DNA of 61,401 nt, the filler included, from Sanchytrium tribonematis (taxonomy: Eukaryota): the NCBI GenBank assembly GCA_018985235.1. It is 8 parts of 8 records of this genome, joined end to end, with 100 filler letters (N's around TTAATTAATTAA, not from the genome) between each part and the next. Parts side by side here need not be neighbours in the genome. Positions count along the whole stretch, not along the records: positions 21,631 to 24,587 come from JADGIG010000944.1; positions 24,688 to 27,641 come from JADGIG010000945.1; positions 27,742 to 30,681 come from JADGIG010000946.1; positions 30,782 to 33,717 come from JADGIG010000947.1; 4 more parts are not named here. The stretch is one strand, 5' to 3'. Shown in pieces: positions 21,636 through 32,367 of this stretch (its first letter is position 1; the number at the start of each line of letters is the position of its first letter). The translations under genes and the position numbers were made by a program. The notes beneath the pieces were generated by a model. That model saw only the letters and a list, made by a program, of their open reading frames with translations. It was not told the origin of the DNA and did no database searches.

Positions 21636-22572
21636 ATGAGTTCTACAAAATTGAGCCAATTCACAGATTATCAGTCATATGCCAGTAATTTGATGTATAT
21701 ATGCGCATATTTGTGTATGAATGAGTGTGGTTCTTTATTTTCTTGTGAATTAATTTGCCAAATATTCATAAATAAGGAAAACCATCAATTTGACTTGGAT
21801 TCAAATAATTTACTTTCTAGATCTCATTTTATTGATGATTTACCAATGCAATTGCAGATGAGTGTATTGATGGGATGGCATCCAACTGAAAATGAGAGAT
21901 GGACTACAAATCAGATGCTGGAAGACATGAAATGCCAAATTATTTTAGATTATAAATCTGAGAAATTTCTAGAGAAATTTGGTGATTTTTATTCAAATAA
22001 GAGCATTTTAGTTAAGCATCCAAATATAGATGAGTTTGAGTCAGATATATTTGAATTATTGCAAGACTTAACTGACACATCACTTCAATTTGCGCATTAT
22101 TCAACATCTAAAAATAAGAGCCAAATCATCATAAAACCATGATTTGAAAGAGATGGTCAATCAAAAACAAATTAAATTTCAAAATAGATTGAAAAATGAG
22201 TTATCAAAGATCAATGGGGATTATTTGGGACCATTTTTGGACATAATTTACTACGCACTCAAAAAAGAATTGCATTTCTGTGCAACAAACATGGATTCTG
22301 ATTCTGATTCTGATTCTCAGAGTGATAATGGTGGTATTTATCCAGAATTCGATACAAAAAGGGTATTATACGAAAGAGTACTTCAAATGGTCTCTATAGA
22401 AATAGTTGAATATGTTACAAATGTATTCAATCAGTATAAATTTGATTTAGATGAACAGGTGCGTGCTGAAATTAGAATACCAGCAGCAAATCAATTAAGT
22501 ACTGGTGGACATTTTCATACGACTCTTTTGCTGATGGAGGATCCAAAGTACACGGCTAATTACTCAAAATAA
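21636..22572 (+). CDS. Hypothetical protein(s); two ORFs, possibly one frameshifted gene, probably 5'-truncated
   Basis: ORFs 21636-22142 and 22144-22572 abut out of frame at an A-run (ATAAAACC). Confidence 0.4.
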
Positions 22573-22609
22573 ATAACATGACATATCCAGCTTCAAACAT
22601 TGTTCGAAA

Positions 22610-23923
22610 ATGAACTCCAAAGGTATGACTCATGTTCATGTTTTCATCGATGGAACCACAAATGATCGCTCTAAACTCAAAAATAACAACAAAATCAAAA
22701 GAACCAACATATATAAATCATTTAATGACTTTATTTATGGCCGTAAAGTTGTCATTACACCAAAACATCTAAAGAATGGTTATGGCAGCCCACAAGCCAT
22801 CAAAATCAAAAATCAAACTGAAAATAGTGACTCTGATCAACATTATGCAATTTATATAAGTGGTGTTGGTACTTTTACAAGTAGTTTTAAATTAATGAAA
22901 ACATTGTGCAGAAAACATCAAGCAATGTCAGGAAGATCAATTGAGAAGTACTGTTATTCTTTAATGCAGGTACTGACTCAGACTAAAGATGGTGATGAAT
23001 TTATCTTTAAAAAAGACTCTAAAATTCATTTTTATGGATTTTCACGTGGTGCTTACCAATGTACATTAATGGCAAGATATTTACTGAAATGTAATTTATT
23101 TACTAACGAGAATGAATCCTTGAATTCTCAAAATACTTTTTTAGATCCCAAAAAAGTATTTTATGCAAAAATCAAAGAAATTATAGAAACGGACAAAGAA
23201 CACGATTTTGCAAGCGTAAGATTTGACGTTGCTGTCGCTACGGAAGATGATTATCCACAAATAGAGCAGTGGAAATCTAGAATGAATTTGTTTTTATTTG
23301 ACACAGTTGCCAAATGTATTAATTTAACAAGTCGAATTGGAACCTATGGCAAAGGTGTTTTAAATATGCCTTTTTTTATAGTAACTTGCTTTAATTGGGC
23401 GCCATTGCATACAACATTAGGCGAAAGAGAATATATTCACATTGATTTGTTGGATATCCCTGTTTTTCATAAAGTAGCCATATGCGAATATCGCGCCTCA
23501 TTTCATCATTGTTGCGTCATGGCTAAAAATCAAGAAGTACTCAAACCTCGCGGTCTTAATGACACTGTAGAAACATTCATTGGAAGCCATAGCGATGTGG
23601 GAAATGTCAGCGACAGATCTATCATTGTTTTACATCGAATGGCGGATCACATGGATGATTTTATTAAAAATATTCTACGGCAAAGTGATTGCTCAGAAGC
23701 AGAACCCTGTGAAGAATGTTTCAAAGCATTGTCCTGTCCACCTGTAGATTCATTGACCATGGAATTCAAAATCATTTATCATTTAAATGGGAAATTTATG
23801 AGGAGTTTAGAAACCTGTAATTCTCATGAATATTTGAAGCATCATTCTGTTCAGTCTTACTTTAAAACCAAGTCTTTAATGTTTCCAGATAATTATATAG
23901 ATCGCGCACATTATTTTGAATAA
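22610..23923 (+). CDS. DUF2235 / Tle1-like alpha/beta-hydrolase
   Basis: FIDGTTN, YISGVGT, GFSRGAY, FDTV, EYRASF and GSHSDVG motifs. Confidence 0.8.
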   Translation: MNSKGMTHVHVFIDGTTNDRSKLKNNNKIKRTNIYKSFNDFIYGRKVVITPKHLKNGYGSPQAIKIKNQTENSDSDQHYAIYISGVGTFTSSFKLMKTLCRKHQAMSGRSIEKYCYSLMQVLTQTKDGDEFIFKKDSKIHFYGFSRGAYQCTLMARYLLKCNLFTNENESLNSQNTFLDPKKVFYAKIKEIIETDKEHDFASVRFDVAVATEDDYPQIEQWKSRMNLFLFDTVAKCINLTSRIGTYGKGVLNMPFFIVTCFNWAPLHTTLGEREYIHIDLLDIPVFHKVAICEYRASFHHCCVMAKNQEVLKPRGLNDTVETFIGSHSDVGNVSDRSIIVLHRMADHMDDFIKNILRQSDCSEAEPCEECFKALSCPPVDSLTMEFKIIYHLNGKFMRSLETCNSHEYLKHHSVQSYFKTKSLMFPDNYIDRAHYFE

Positions 23924-23950
23924 ATGTAAAAAAGTTTTCATTTATTTGTT

Positions 23951-24481
23951 TCAAACAAGCATCAAGGTAGACAGTGTCAACACTGTAAATGAGGAAGTGG
24001 CAGCAGATGAAGTGTCATTTGAAGATGCGTCTGTTGTTGAATTGGTTGAATTGTTTGATTGGCCTGTAACAATTGAATTTTCAACTTTTGTGTCATTTGG
24101 ATATTTCGCAGCACAATCTCTCACCTGCTGCCCCTGTCCATGCAAATCTTCTGAATCTAAATTTTGCCACAACGGGTACTTTTTCGCAAAAAATTGAGAG
24201 CATTTGTTGGGGCATCCAATCGGATCAAACTTTGATTCACTAATTGTATCGCCCATACAATTAGTACCGTCTTCTTGATGACATTGTAAAGCAAACATTT
24301 TAACAGAAGTGTCTTTAAAGTCATTTGAATTGCATTTTGTGAAGTATGCTTCGGTGAAATTTCTACATTTGTCACATCGTTCTGATGGTTTTTGCGTCAT
24401 AACATTTTGCATACAATGCGAATTAGCAATAACAGCAGCTTGACATTTTGATGATAATAATGAAAATGATGATGATGACAT
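23951..24481 (-). CDS. Cys-rich, S/T-tailed putative GPI-anchored surface protein
   Basis: 10 Cys, S/T/N-rich stalk, hydrophobic C-terminus FTVLTLSTLMLV. Confidence 0.55.
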   Translation of the reverse strand: MSSSSFSLLSSKCQAAVIANSHCMQNVMTQKPSERCDKCRNFTEAYFTKCNSNDFKDTSVKMFALQCHQEDGTNCMGDTISESKFDPIGCPNKCSQFFAKKYPLWQNLDSEDLHGQGQQVRDCAAKYPNDTKVENSIVTGQSNNSTNSTTDASSNDTSSAATSSFTVLTLSTLMLV

Positions 24482-24587
24482 TTTCACAAAATATGCTTGA
24501 ATCTATGTGTAATTAAATTGACCACTCACAGATGCTGGTGAAAAACTGGCAAGGGTTTGCAAATTTCAATTGGCGAATCAATGATTT

Positions 24588-24687
24588 NNNNNNNNNNNNN
24601 NNNNNNNNNNNNNNNNNNNNNNNNNNNNNNNTTAATTAATTAANNNNNNNNNNNNNNNNNNNNNNNNNNNNNNNNNNNNNNNNNNNN
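24588..24687. other. Artificial contig linker
   Basis: N44-TTAATTAATTAA-N44. Confidence 0.98.
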
Positions 24688-26070
24688 TGCTCAAATATTA
24701 ATGTGGTTTCCATTTATTGGCCACGATCAAATGTCCCATCATTACATGGCACTATTGATTCCACAGTATTGCCATCTAAATTAAGACATATGGTGATTAC
24801 AGAACACAAATCTCATCTATTTGGTAAATTTCCAACTTTACCAAATTCTGTCATGTATTTTGAAGCAAGTAATAATAATTTAAATGGAATTATTCCTAGA
24901 TTACCCTCTAATATGTTGTATTTAATGGCAAATGGGAATAGAATGACGGGTGGACTCCCTGTTTTCCCCAAATCATTTGTATTTATTGATTTATTTAATA
25001 ATTTCATTAGTGGCACAGTTCAATTACAATCTCCAATGACTGTATTTGATGTGCCATTAAACAAATTAAGTGGTAAATTACCCACTTTACCAGATTCCAT
25101 GTCATTTTGTAACTTGGGTACCAATTTATTTACGGGCCAAATCCCTCCATTTAATGATCAACTCATTGAATATCATGCAGATTTAAATGCATTAAGTGGT
25201 ACAATTCCCACTGTTCCATCTTCAATGAAATATTTACGATTAAATGCTGCTAATTTAAATGGATCCCTAATTGGCAATATATCCCAATTAACATATTTAA
25301 AAGTGAATGATAATCAATTAAATGGTACCATATCACTAAATGCACCTTATTATGTGGAAATACAGCATAATTACTTTGATTCTGTGCAGATATTGAATTC
25401 AAGTGGATTGACTGTTTGTGATTTATCATTTAATGAGTTGAATTCAACTAATTTGAATGGATATTCTTTATGTAAGAGTACGCCACAGTTTATTTATGCT
25501 GCTAGTACAACTACAAATGCAGTAACGAGTGTAAGTCAAACTACAAAACAATCCTCAATTTCAAGTGATTTAACCAGTGCAATTACTAGCAGACAAATGA
25601 GTGATTCTTCTATTGTTTACGACACGCAATCAACTACAGAGCTGATTAGTGTATCAACTGAATCATCAAATATAAAAACAACTACAGCAAAAACTACAGA
25701 ATCAACTGAAACCACTGAAACAGAAATCAAACGACCAATTCGATATTTTAAATCTCGTACGGATTCATCTAATATATCTTCAAATACCACATTTGTATAT
25801 TCTACAACCACTGAATCTATTTTATTACCCATTTTGACATCCACTGAATCACTAGCATCCAAATCCGATATTATTTTAAATTCCAACACATTTCAAGTAG
25901 ATCCTTCATTAATATACGTTTTGACTGGGTCTATGGTGTTTATATTCATTGTATTGATTATAATGAAGATGATTTTGAAGAATCCACAAGTTAAATCAAA
26001 ATTTGGTAGAAAACATTCATTTGGGACATTAAATACTGTTACGACGTCAAATACGACTACTACTAAATAA
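24688..26070 (+). CDS. LRR receptor-like membrane protein (5'-truncated)
   Basis: LxxNxLxGxIPxLP repeats, S/T stalk, TM helix LIYVLTGSMVFIFIVLIIM, short basic tail. Confidence 0.85.
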   Translation, partial: CSNINVVSIYWPRSNVPSLHGTIDSTVLPSKLRHMVITEHKSHLFGKFPTLPNSVMYFEASNNNLNGIIPRLPSNMLYLMANGNRMTGGLPVFPKSFVFIDLFNNFISGTVQLQSPMTVFDVPLNKLSGKLPTLPDSMSFCNLGTNLFTGQIPPFNDQLIEYHADLNALSGTIPTVPSSMKYLRLNAANLNGSLIGNISQLTYLKVNDNQLNGTISLNAPYYVEIQHNYFDSVQILNSSGLTVCDLSFNELNSTNLNGYSLCKSTPQFIYAASTTTNAVTSVSQTTKQSSISSDLTSAITSRQMSDSSIVYDTQSTTELISVSTESSNIKTTTAKTTESTETTETEIKRPIRYFKSRTDSSNISSNTTFVYSTTTESILLPILTSTESLASKSDIILNSNTFQVDPSLIYVLTGSMVFIFIVLIIMKMILKNPQVKSKFGRKHSFGTLNTVTTSNTTTTK

Positions 26071-26191
26071 ATTTAATGGCTTCCTAAATAAACATTTATA
26101 AATACTGAAAATAACATGCTTCCGACGTATGGCGACGTATAGACATCAAAATAAAGACGCCTAGACATTTGAAACATTTTAAATTTCAATC

Positions 26192-27641
26192 ATGAATCAA
26201 CTATATCGATGTTATTTGTTGATCATGATATTTTATTTCATACCGAGTCCAGTTTATGGTGTGACAGACCCAGCTATCTCCACTGATTGCCCATCCGTCA
26301 TCAATCTAGCCCGTCAAATGAATATGCATCTTATTAATCCAACAGAATTCTACATCTTATCCAATGATTGTTGCTCATCTGCAAAAATATCTTGTTTATC
26401 ATCGGGTACCCAACAATTTGTGATTTCCATTAATTTCACATTTATGAATTTAAATGGTACATTTCCAAATAGTGCATCATGGCCATCTCAATTGAAATCA
26501 CTCAATATCTCTAATAATCAATTGATGGGTCGAATCTTCAACTTTCCTAATATTATATCCATTGACATATCTCAAAATCAATTTAATAGCAATTTACCAA
26601 TATTTCCAAGCAATATCAAGTATATCTATGCTTCCAATAACTCATTCGTCAATCTAATCCCGACTTTACCGCCTCAATTGATTGAATTAGACTTGTCATA
26701 TAATTATTTGACCAGTAATCCATTGAATATTGGAGGAGGCGCACAGACAATTCCAAATTCGTCTCCTTCTTTTCCAAGTACTTTGCAGTCACTAAAATTA
26801 AATGATAATCTGTTAATCGGTAAATTGGCAGCTATTCCATCAAATTTGACCACGCTATATTTACAAAATAATGCACTTGATCAAGGGATTCCTGATTTAT
26901 CAAATGTAGTTAATTTGAGATTAAATAACAATTTATTTATTGGGATGCTGACAATTAATAATCCAAATGAGTTATTTATTCAAGATACCGGAATTATATT
27001 GTACTATGCTGGATTGGGCAATTTTACTTGTAATATCACCAATTCACTCAGGGGCTATGTTCCATCCCAATGCCCAGTGACAGCACCTTCTACTCTTATT
27101 GAGGATTGTAAAAATATGGTCAATTTAGGGAAATCTCTCAATTTAACAATTCCAACAGATTGTTGCAATGGTTTTCCTGGTATTTATTGCTCAAATACAA
27201 ATATAGTTTCCATCTATTGGCCAAAAGCAGATGTCCCTCAACTATATGGCACCATTAATTCCACTTTGTTACCTTCCACATTGAGATATATGCTTATTAT
27301 AGACCATGGATCTCGTTTATTTGGAAGAATGCCCACATTACCAAATGGCGTAAAATATTTCCAAGGTACTAATAATGGATTCACTGGATCAATACCCAAA
27401 CTACCATCAAATCTGATGCGTCTATCGATTTTGGGAAATAAAATGACAGGTCCTCTCCCCGTTTTACCCAAAACATTGGTTTATTTCAATATTTACAACA
27501 ATATCATCAGTGGCAGCCTCCAATTAAAATCACCTTTAAGTTATATTGAAGCACCATTAAACAGATTTACTGGTAAATTACCCACTTTACCAGATTCCAT
27601 GTATTACTGCAATTTAGGAACCAATTTATTTACAGGTCAAA
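26192..27641 (+). CDS. LRR receptor-like protein, tandem paralog (3'-truncated)
   Basis: Signal peptide; two DC..CC..C caps each followed by LRRs; 27188-27641 aligns with 24688-25141. Confidence 0.85.
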
Positions 27642-27741
27642 NNNNNNNNNNNNNNNNNNNNNNNNNNNNNNNNNNNNNNNNNNNNTTAATTAATTAANNN
27701 NNNNNNNNNNNNNNNNNNNNNNNNNNNNNNNNNNNNNNNNN
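27642..27741. other. Artificial contig linker
   Basis: N44-TTAATTAATTAA-N44. Confidence 0.98.
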
Positions 27742-27946
27742 CATTTCAGCATTTGAATGTTTCGGTGGATACTATCAATGGCATACTCCAGTTGACAATT
27801 ATACTGCTCGTAATAACGTTACAATTCAGGTTCGTCATAAAAGTGATGTAACCATACAAAACTTCATATCCCAGAATGCTGGTGATTTAAGCCAGTTGAG
27901 CGTTCCCATGAGTCTTTTATTGATCGCAGCAGTTTTGGAAATTTAG
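27742..27946 (+). CDS. 3' end of a paralog of the 28229-28887 gene
   Basis: ISAFECFGGYYQWH..TIQVRHKSDVTIQNFISQNAGDLSQL matches 28702-28887. Confidence 0.7.
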
Positions 27947-27957
27947 ACAATAAATTC

Positions 27958-28161
27958 TTGAAACAAAAGGAAAGAATTCCACTCCAGCAGCTAAAAGAAG
28001 CTATGTTGCATTTGATGGGCTTGGATATGTACTTTGCAAATTTACTAGGTAAAACTGCTTTAGCAAATAGTGACGAAACAAAAGATTTGATAAAACTAAA
28101 TGAGCAGAACATGATGCATCATTGTGCACTGATTCGATTTCTTCAGGAGACAATTGGCCGC
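27958..28161 (+). pseudogene. Deleted remnant of the heme-thiolate peroxidase gene
   Basis: Near-identical to ~29268-29495 but lacks the 5' part with the PCP motif and has a 25-bp frameshifting deletion. Confidence 0.85.
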
Positions 28162-28228
28162 AATTTGATTTGATTCTGTTTTACATGTTGTTTATAGACG
28201 AATTACTGACGAGATCAAGCCACATAAA

Positions 28229-28887
28229 ATGACGCAACCAGCTGTCGAGAAAGCTAAGGCTGCCAAGAGATTATGGATAAAAATCGCGCTTGGTGTTACT
28301 GGAGTTCTGGGTGTTATAATATTTGTAGTCGTATACATCGTGACAACACCATACGAATGTGTAAAGACTACGCCTGCTACACCATCTTGGTTTTCTGGAA
28401 CAGAAATTACTGGATTTATAAGCGGAAATAAAACAGAGAAAGTCGTCTTTAAATCATCAATCGAATATGGTATTTATCAAAATGCAAGGTACCTAATTAC
28501 ATGTTTTCAACATCTATTCCATCAAGCAAGTTGATAAATAATACTATTTCTATCTATGCTGATGGTAATTTTTTATATCAAAGATCCTACAATTGCTCTC
28601 AGAAAGAAACTGATACAAATAGTACAGATTTTTACAAATATAGATGTGACCCTCGGCCCATTTTAAAAGACTGCATAGAAATTAGTGGAGATGAGAGAGC
28701 CGTTTCAGCCTTTGAATGTTTCAGTGGATACAGTCAATGGCATATACGCACTGATTATTCTAATGTGACAATACAGGTTCGTCATGAAAGTGATGTAACC
28801 ATACAAAACTTCATATCTCAGAATAATGGTGATCTGAGCCAATTGGGCATTCCCTTGATTGCTTTATTGATCGTAGCAGTTTTGTAA
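28229..28887 (+). CDS. Hypothetical membrane protein, split into two overlapping ORFs
   Basis: N-terminal TM in 28229-28534; Cys-rich part and C-terminal hydrophobic tail in 28501-28887; junction unresolved. Confidence 0.5.
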
Positions 28888-29001
28888 ATTTAGCCAATAA
28901 ATTTCTGAATCAAAGTTTGACTCAATTGCAAAATGACATACTTGTAATGTTGTCATATGACATCATACTTGATATAAAATGACAAATCGACCATTCGATG
29001 C

Positions 29002-29835
29002 ATGTTGTTTACATTTTTGGTTTTTGGCACATTTGAAGAATTTCTTGGCAGAGCTCATTTGATTCAAGAAGCCACAATTGAAAAAGTTAATGAACAACGA
29101 AGATTACATGACAAATATGGATACTCTAAATACTCCAATCTTGATGATCCTAAAGCGGGCGAAGCTGCATTGTTCGCACAGTTAAAAGAGTGTGATAGCG
29201 ACATTGAAAATACAGCTGATCTAGGCCCATGCCCATTTTTGGCGGCTCTTTATAAATGCAAATTTATCAAACAAAAGAAAGGCATTCCACTCCAACAGCT
29301 GAAAGAAGCTATGTTGCATTTGATGGGCTTGGATATGTACTTTGCAGATTTACTAGGAAAAACTGCTTTAGCAAATGGTGATGAAACAATAGATTTGATA
29401 AAACTAAATGAGCACAACACCATCGAAGACAAAGCAATTGAACATGATGCATCATTGTTCACTGACTCGATTTCTTCAGGGGACAATTGGTCGCCGGTAC
29501 AAAGTCTATTCGACAAGTTTTTGTCGATTGAAAGAAAATCTGAAAACTTTACGCTTCCGAATGTCATTTCATATCGAAAAATGCGTATTCAGGAAGCATT
29601 CGAGAACGGCAGTCAATTCACTTCAAGAGATTGGAATGCGATTCATGGTGAAACACTTTTCGCGACAAGGCTATTGGGTGGTAAATATGGAAAGGAATAC
29701 GAAATTAGCTCTCTGCATGTTGGAGACTTATTTTTGAAGCGAGTTTTTCCATTAGACTTTCAAATTCCTCTTCCGATGTCTAGAAAAGAGGCCGAGTTTG
29801 CTTTAGGATTTATCAGTGCTCAAACTAACTCATAA
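29002..29835 (+). CDS. Heme-thiolate peroxidase (chloroperoxidase/short unspecific peroxygenase family)
   Basis: Proximal GPCPFL motif and distal IEHDASL motif; short hydrophobic N-terminus. Confidence 0.8.
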   Translation: MLFTFLVFGTFEEFLGRAHLIQEATIEKVNEQRRLHDKYGYSKYSNLDDPKAGEAALFAQLKECDSDIENTADLGPCPFLAALYKCKFIKQKKGIPLQQLKEAMLHLMGLDMYFADLLGKTALANGDETIDLIKLNEHNTIEDKAIEHDASLFTDSISSGDNWSPVQSLFDKFLSIERKSENFTLPNVISYRKMRIQEAFENGSQFTSRDWNAIHGETLFATRLLGGKYGKEYEISSLHVGDLFLKRVFPLDFQIPLPMSRKEAEFALGFISAQTNS

Positions 29836-29920
29836 TAAAAAACCATTAGATTATAACCAGTCCTATACTTGGTTTCTAATGCAATAATTTTTGAATCTGA
29901 AGTTACTTAAATCCGGTCGG

Positions 29921-29933
29921 CTCCAGAACTTTC
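29921..29933. promoter_or_regulatory. Heat-shock-element-like site upstream of HSP78
   Basis: CTCcaGAActTTC, one mismatch from TTCnnGAAnnTTC, ~45 nt before the ATG of a ClpB chaperone. Confidence 0.45.
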
Positions 29934-29977
29934 TTTCGTGTTAAAAGCTCGGTGCAGCTAACGAAATTAGATTCTCC

Positions 29978-30681
29978 ATGTTACGATTTGCATCTCGAAT
30001 TATTCTACAACAACCAAACCCATACCTGAAGCAATTCAAGCCAGGTGAGGCACTGTCCCAATTTACTATTGATCTAACGAAACTAGCGGAAGACCAGAAA
30101 CTGGACCCCGTAATTGGAAGAGATGCAGAAATTAAAAGAGGCTGTCAGATTCTGAGTAGACGACAAAAGAATAACCCCGTATTGATTGGAAATGCTGGTG
30201 TAGGAAAGACAGCAATTGTTGAAGGACTAGCGCAGCAAATCATTAACAAACAGGTTCCAGAATCATTGCAAAACAAAAGACTTTTAAGTTTAGATCTCGG
30301 AACTTTGATTGCTGGTGCCAAGTTCAGAGGAGAATTTGAAGAAAGGCTGAAAGCACTACTGAAAGATGTTGATGAGTCTGTCATTTTGTTTATCGACGAG
30401 TTGCATACATTACTTGGACTTGGTAAGGCCGAAGGATCAATCGACGCAGCAAATTTGTTGAAGCCAGGATTGGCACGTGGGGAATTACATTTAGTAGGTG
30501 CTACCACATTAAAAGAATTTAAATTGATAGAAAAAGATGCTGCCTTGGCTAGAAGATTCCAGCCAATTATCGTGAGTGAGCCAACTGTTCAAGATACAAT
30601 TTCTATTCTGAGAGGTTTGAAACACAAGTATCAAACTCATCATGGTGTACAGATTACTGACAATGCCATTATCAGTGCAGC
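29978..30681 (+). CDS. HSP78: Mitochondrial ClpB disaggregase Hsp78 (3'-truncated)
   Basis: Presequence-like N-terminus without Clp N-domain; [16 protein letters not shown] and FIDELH motifs. Confidence 0.9.
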
Positions 30682-30781
30682 NNNNNNNNNNNNNNNNNNN
30701 NNNNNNNNNNNNNNNNNNNNNNNNNTTAATTAATTAANNNNNNNNNNNNNNNNNNNNNNNNNNNNNNNNNNNNNNNNNNNN
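30682..30781. other. Artificial contig linker
   Basis: N44-TTAATTAATTAA-N44. Confidence 0.98.
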
Positions 30782-31021
30782 TGTTTGAGAAATTGGAATT
30801 CACAAGTATGGTGTATGGCAACAGATTTGGATTTAAATGGGAGTCCTGTTTTTGATACGACTAAAGAATGGACAATGGTATCTACAGACAACTTTAAGGA
30901 TATTAAAACAATTCAGTTTGATGGAACACGTATTTGTGGAAACAAGGAAAAAGATGCTGCAAATTATTGTGTGGAAATTGAGGTGAATTTTGATCCAACA
31001 CAAGTATTTACGGATGCTTAA
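30782..31021 (+). CDS. 3' end of a paralog of the 31627-32337 gene
   Basis: QVWCMA..WT..DGTRICG..YCVEI..FDP motifs shared with the downstream gene. Confidence 0.7.
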   Translation, partial: CLRNWNSQVWCMATDLDLNGSPVFDTTKEWTMVSTDNFKDIKTIQFDGTRICGNKEKDAANYCVEIEVNFDPTQVFTDA

Positions 31022-31626
31022 TAAATCAATTTAACCAAGGGCCAAAATAAATTCTGATTCAGTGCCACCTAGTCAAGATCGAATTAATGAGTTTTGAAAT
31101 TAAAATATTACAGTGTTAGTAAGACGTGCATTTTCACTACAGATAATTTATTTAAGACTACTTTCTATTCATACCCTCTTGGATTTCAGGTGGATCTTCA
31201 CACGTGGTCCCAGCGTTGTACCACCCAGATCAAGCCCAGTGTCATCTACATGTGAATCAATTGGCGAATGTTGACTTGTCGATTTCGTCATCTCATCACC
31301 ACAGTTTTAAAATTAAATAACAAAGAACAACCTGAGCAGGCAAATTTCATATCAATTATCTCAGTTCTATGTGTCGTTTTGTTCCACATTAAATTTGATA
31401 TACTATCAGTATCGCTGAATAAATGATTGATTCAAATAATATGGAGTTACGTTAGCTACTGATAAACAATCTATCACCTTGCAAGGCAAATAATACTTGC
31501 TCAATTTGGCAAATTCTGTTATTGGCTGCGTGCAAATTGGTTATATTACAAAGTTCTGCGTATTTTCTGTTTAATAAAAGAGTTTAACAGATTTAAACAT
31601 AAATAGACAAGTTCCCCTCCTTTACA

Positions 31627-32337
31627 ATGATTTTTCAATTACCAATTACGGCATTGCCACCAACTCATACCGATCTTTACGAAACAGATGCCGATGGACT
31701 GTATTCAGTGACACATGATGCAAATATATGCAAATTCGGAGGTAACGAAGTACGTTGCAACTATGAGATGTTGTTTTCCACCATTTGGATACGCCCATTT
31801 GGAAATGATGTGGAGTATCCCTATCAGAACCCATTACAGGATGCCTTCATGTCAGCAGGTATATATCCGGATGGCTGGTATAAATTACCGAATTTTGAAT
31901 ACAGTACTCCGCGTCCAAATATAAAATCATTAGATTTTCAAGAATTGAATTTATGTTTGGTACTTGATGATGGAACAGTTGCATGTGGGGTTCGTGAAAG
32001 TGTCGATTCTGGATCAAGTACACTAACAATTATGAGTGGGAAGGATATTACAGATATTCGAATATCACAGACATATCCATACATGTGCCTGATTAATTCC
32101 AATTGGCAAGTATGGTGTATGGCATTAGGAAATGGTTCTATAGAGCAAGTCTTTTCGTCTTCAAATGAATGGACGCAAATAGAATCTTTGACAGATACTG
32201 ATGCGATCCGAATTGATGATACTCGAATTTGCGGGCATAAAAAGGACGATAGTATCCATACGTATTATTGCGTCGAAATTGGAACATCATTTGATCCAAA
32301 CAATGCATTTGCTGAAGCATCCGAAAAATCATTTTAA
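31627..32337 (+). CDS. Putative secreted Cys-containing beta-repeat (tectonin-like) protein
   Basis: Repeats of the type IxxIxhxxxxhChhxxxxxhxC separated by Trp-containing linkers. Confidence 0.5.
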   Translation: MIFQLPITALPPTHTDLYETDADGLYSVTHDANICKFGGNEVRCNYEMLFSTIWIRPFGNDVEYPYQNPLQDAFMSAGIYPDGWYKLPNFEYSTPRPNIKSLDFQELNLCLVLDDGTVACGVRESVDSGSSTLTIMSGKDITDIRISQTYPYMCLINSNWQVWCMALGNGSIEQVFSSSNEWTQIESLTDTDAIRIDDTRICGHKKDDSIHTYYCVEIGTSFDPNNAFAEASEKSF

Positions 32338-32367
32338 ATAAAACGCGTTTACTTTTTAATTCGTGAC

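Noticed and set aside
22294..22317. (GATTCT)4 microsatellite, and an 18-bp direct repeat near 10090-10125
   Set aside because: Simple slippage repeats without spacers; not CRISPR or mobile-element ends.
28470..28488. 19-nt GT..AG segment as an intron
   Set aside because: Lacks T12/A14 and creates an immediate stop (GGT ACC TAA) in the upstream frame.
31022..31626. Possible ncRNA in long spacers (also 1-464 and 9252-9633)
   Set aside because: No tRNA, snRNA or rRNA signature recognisable by eye; needs a covariance-model search.
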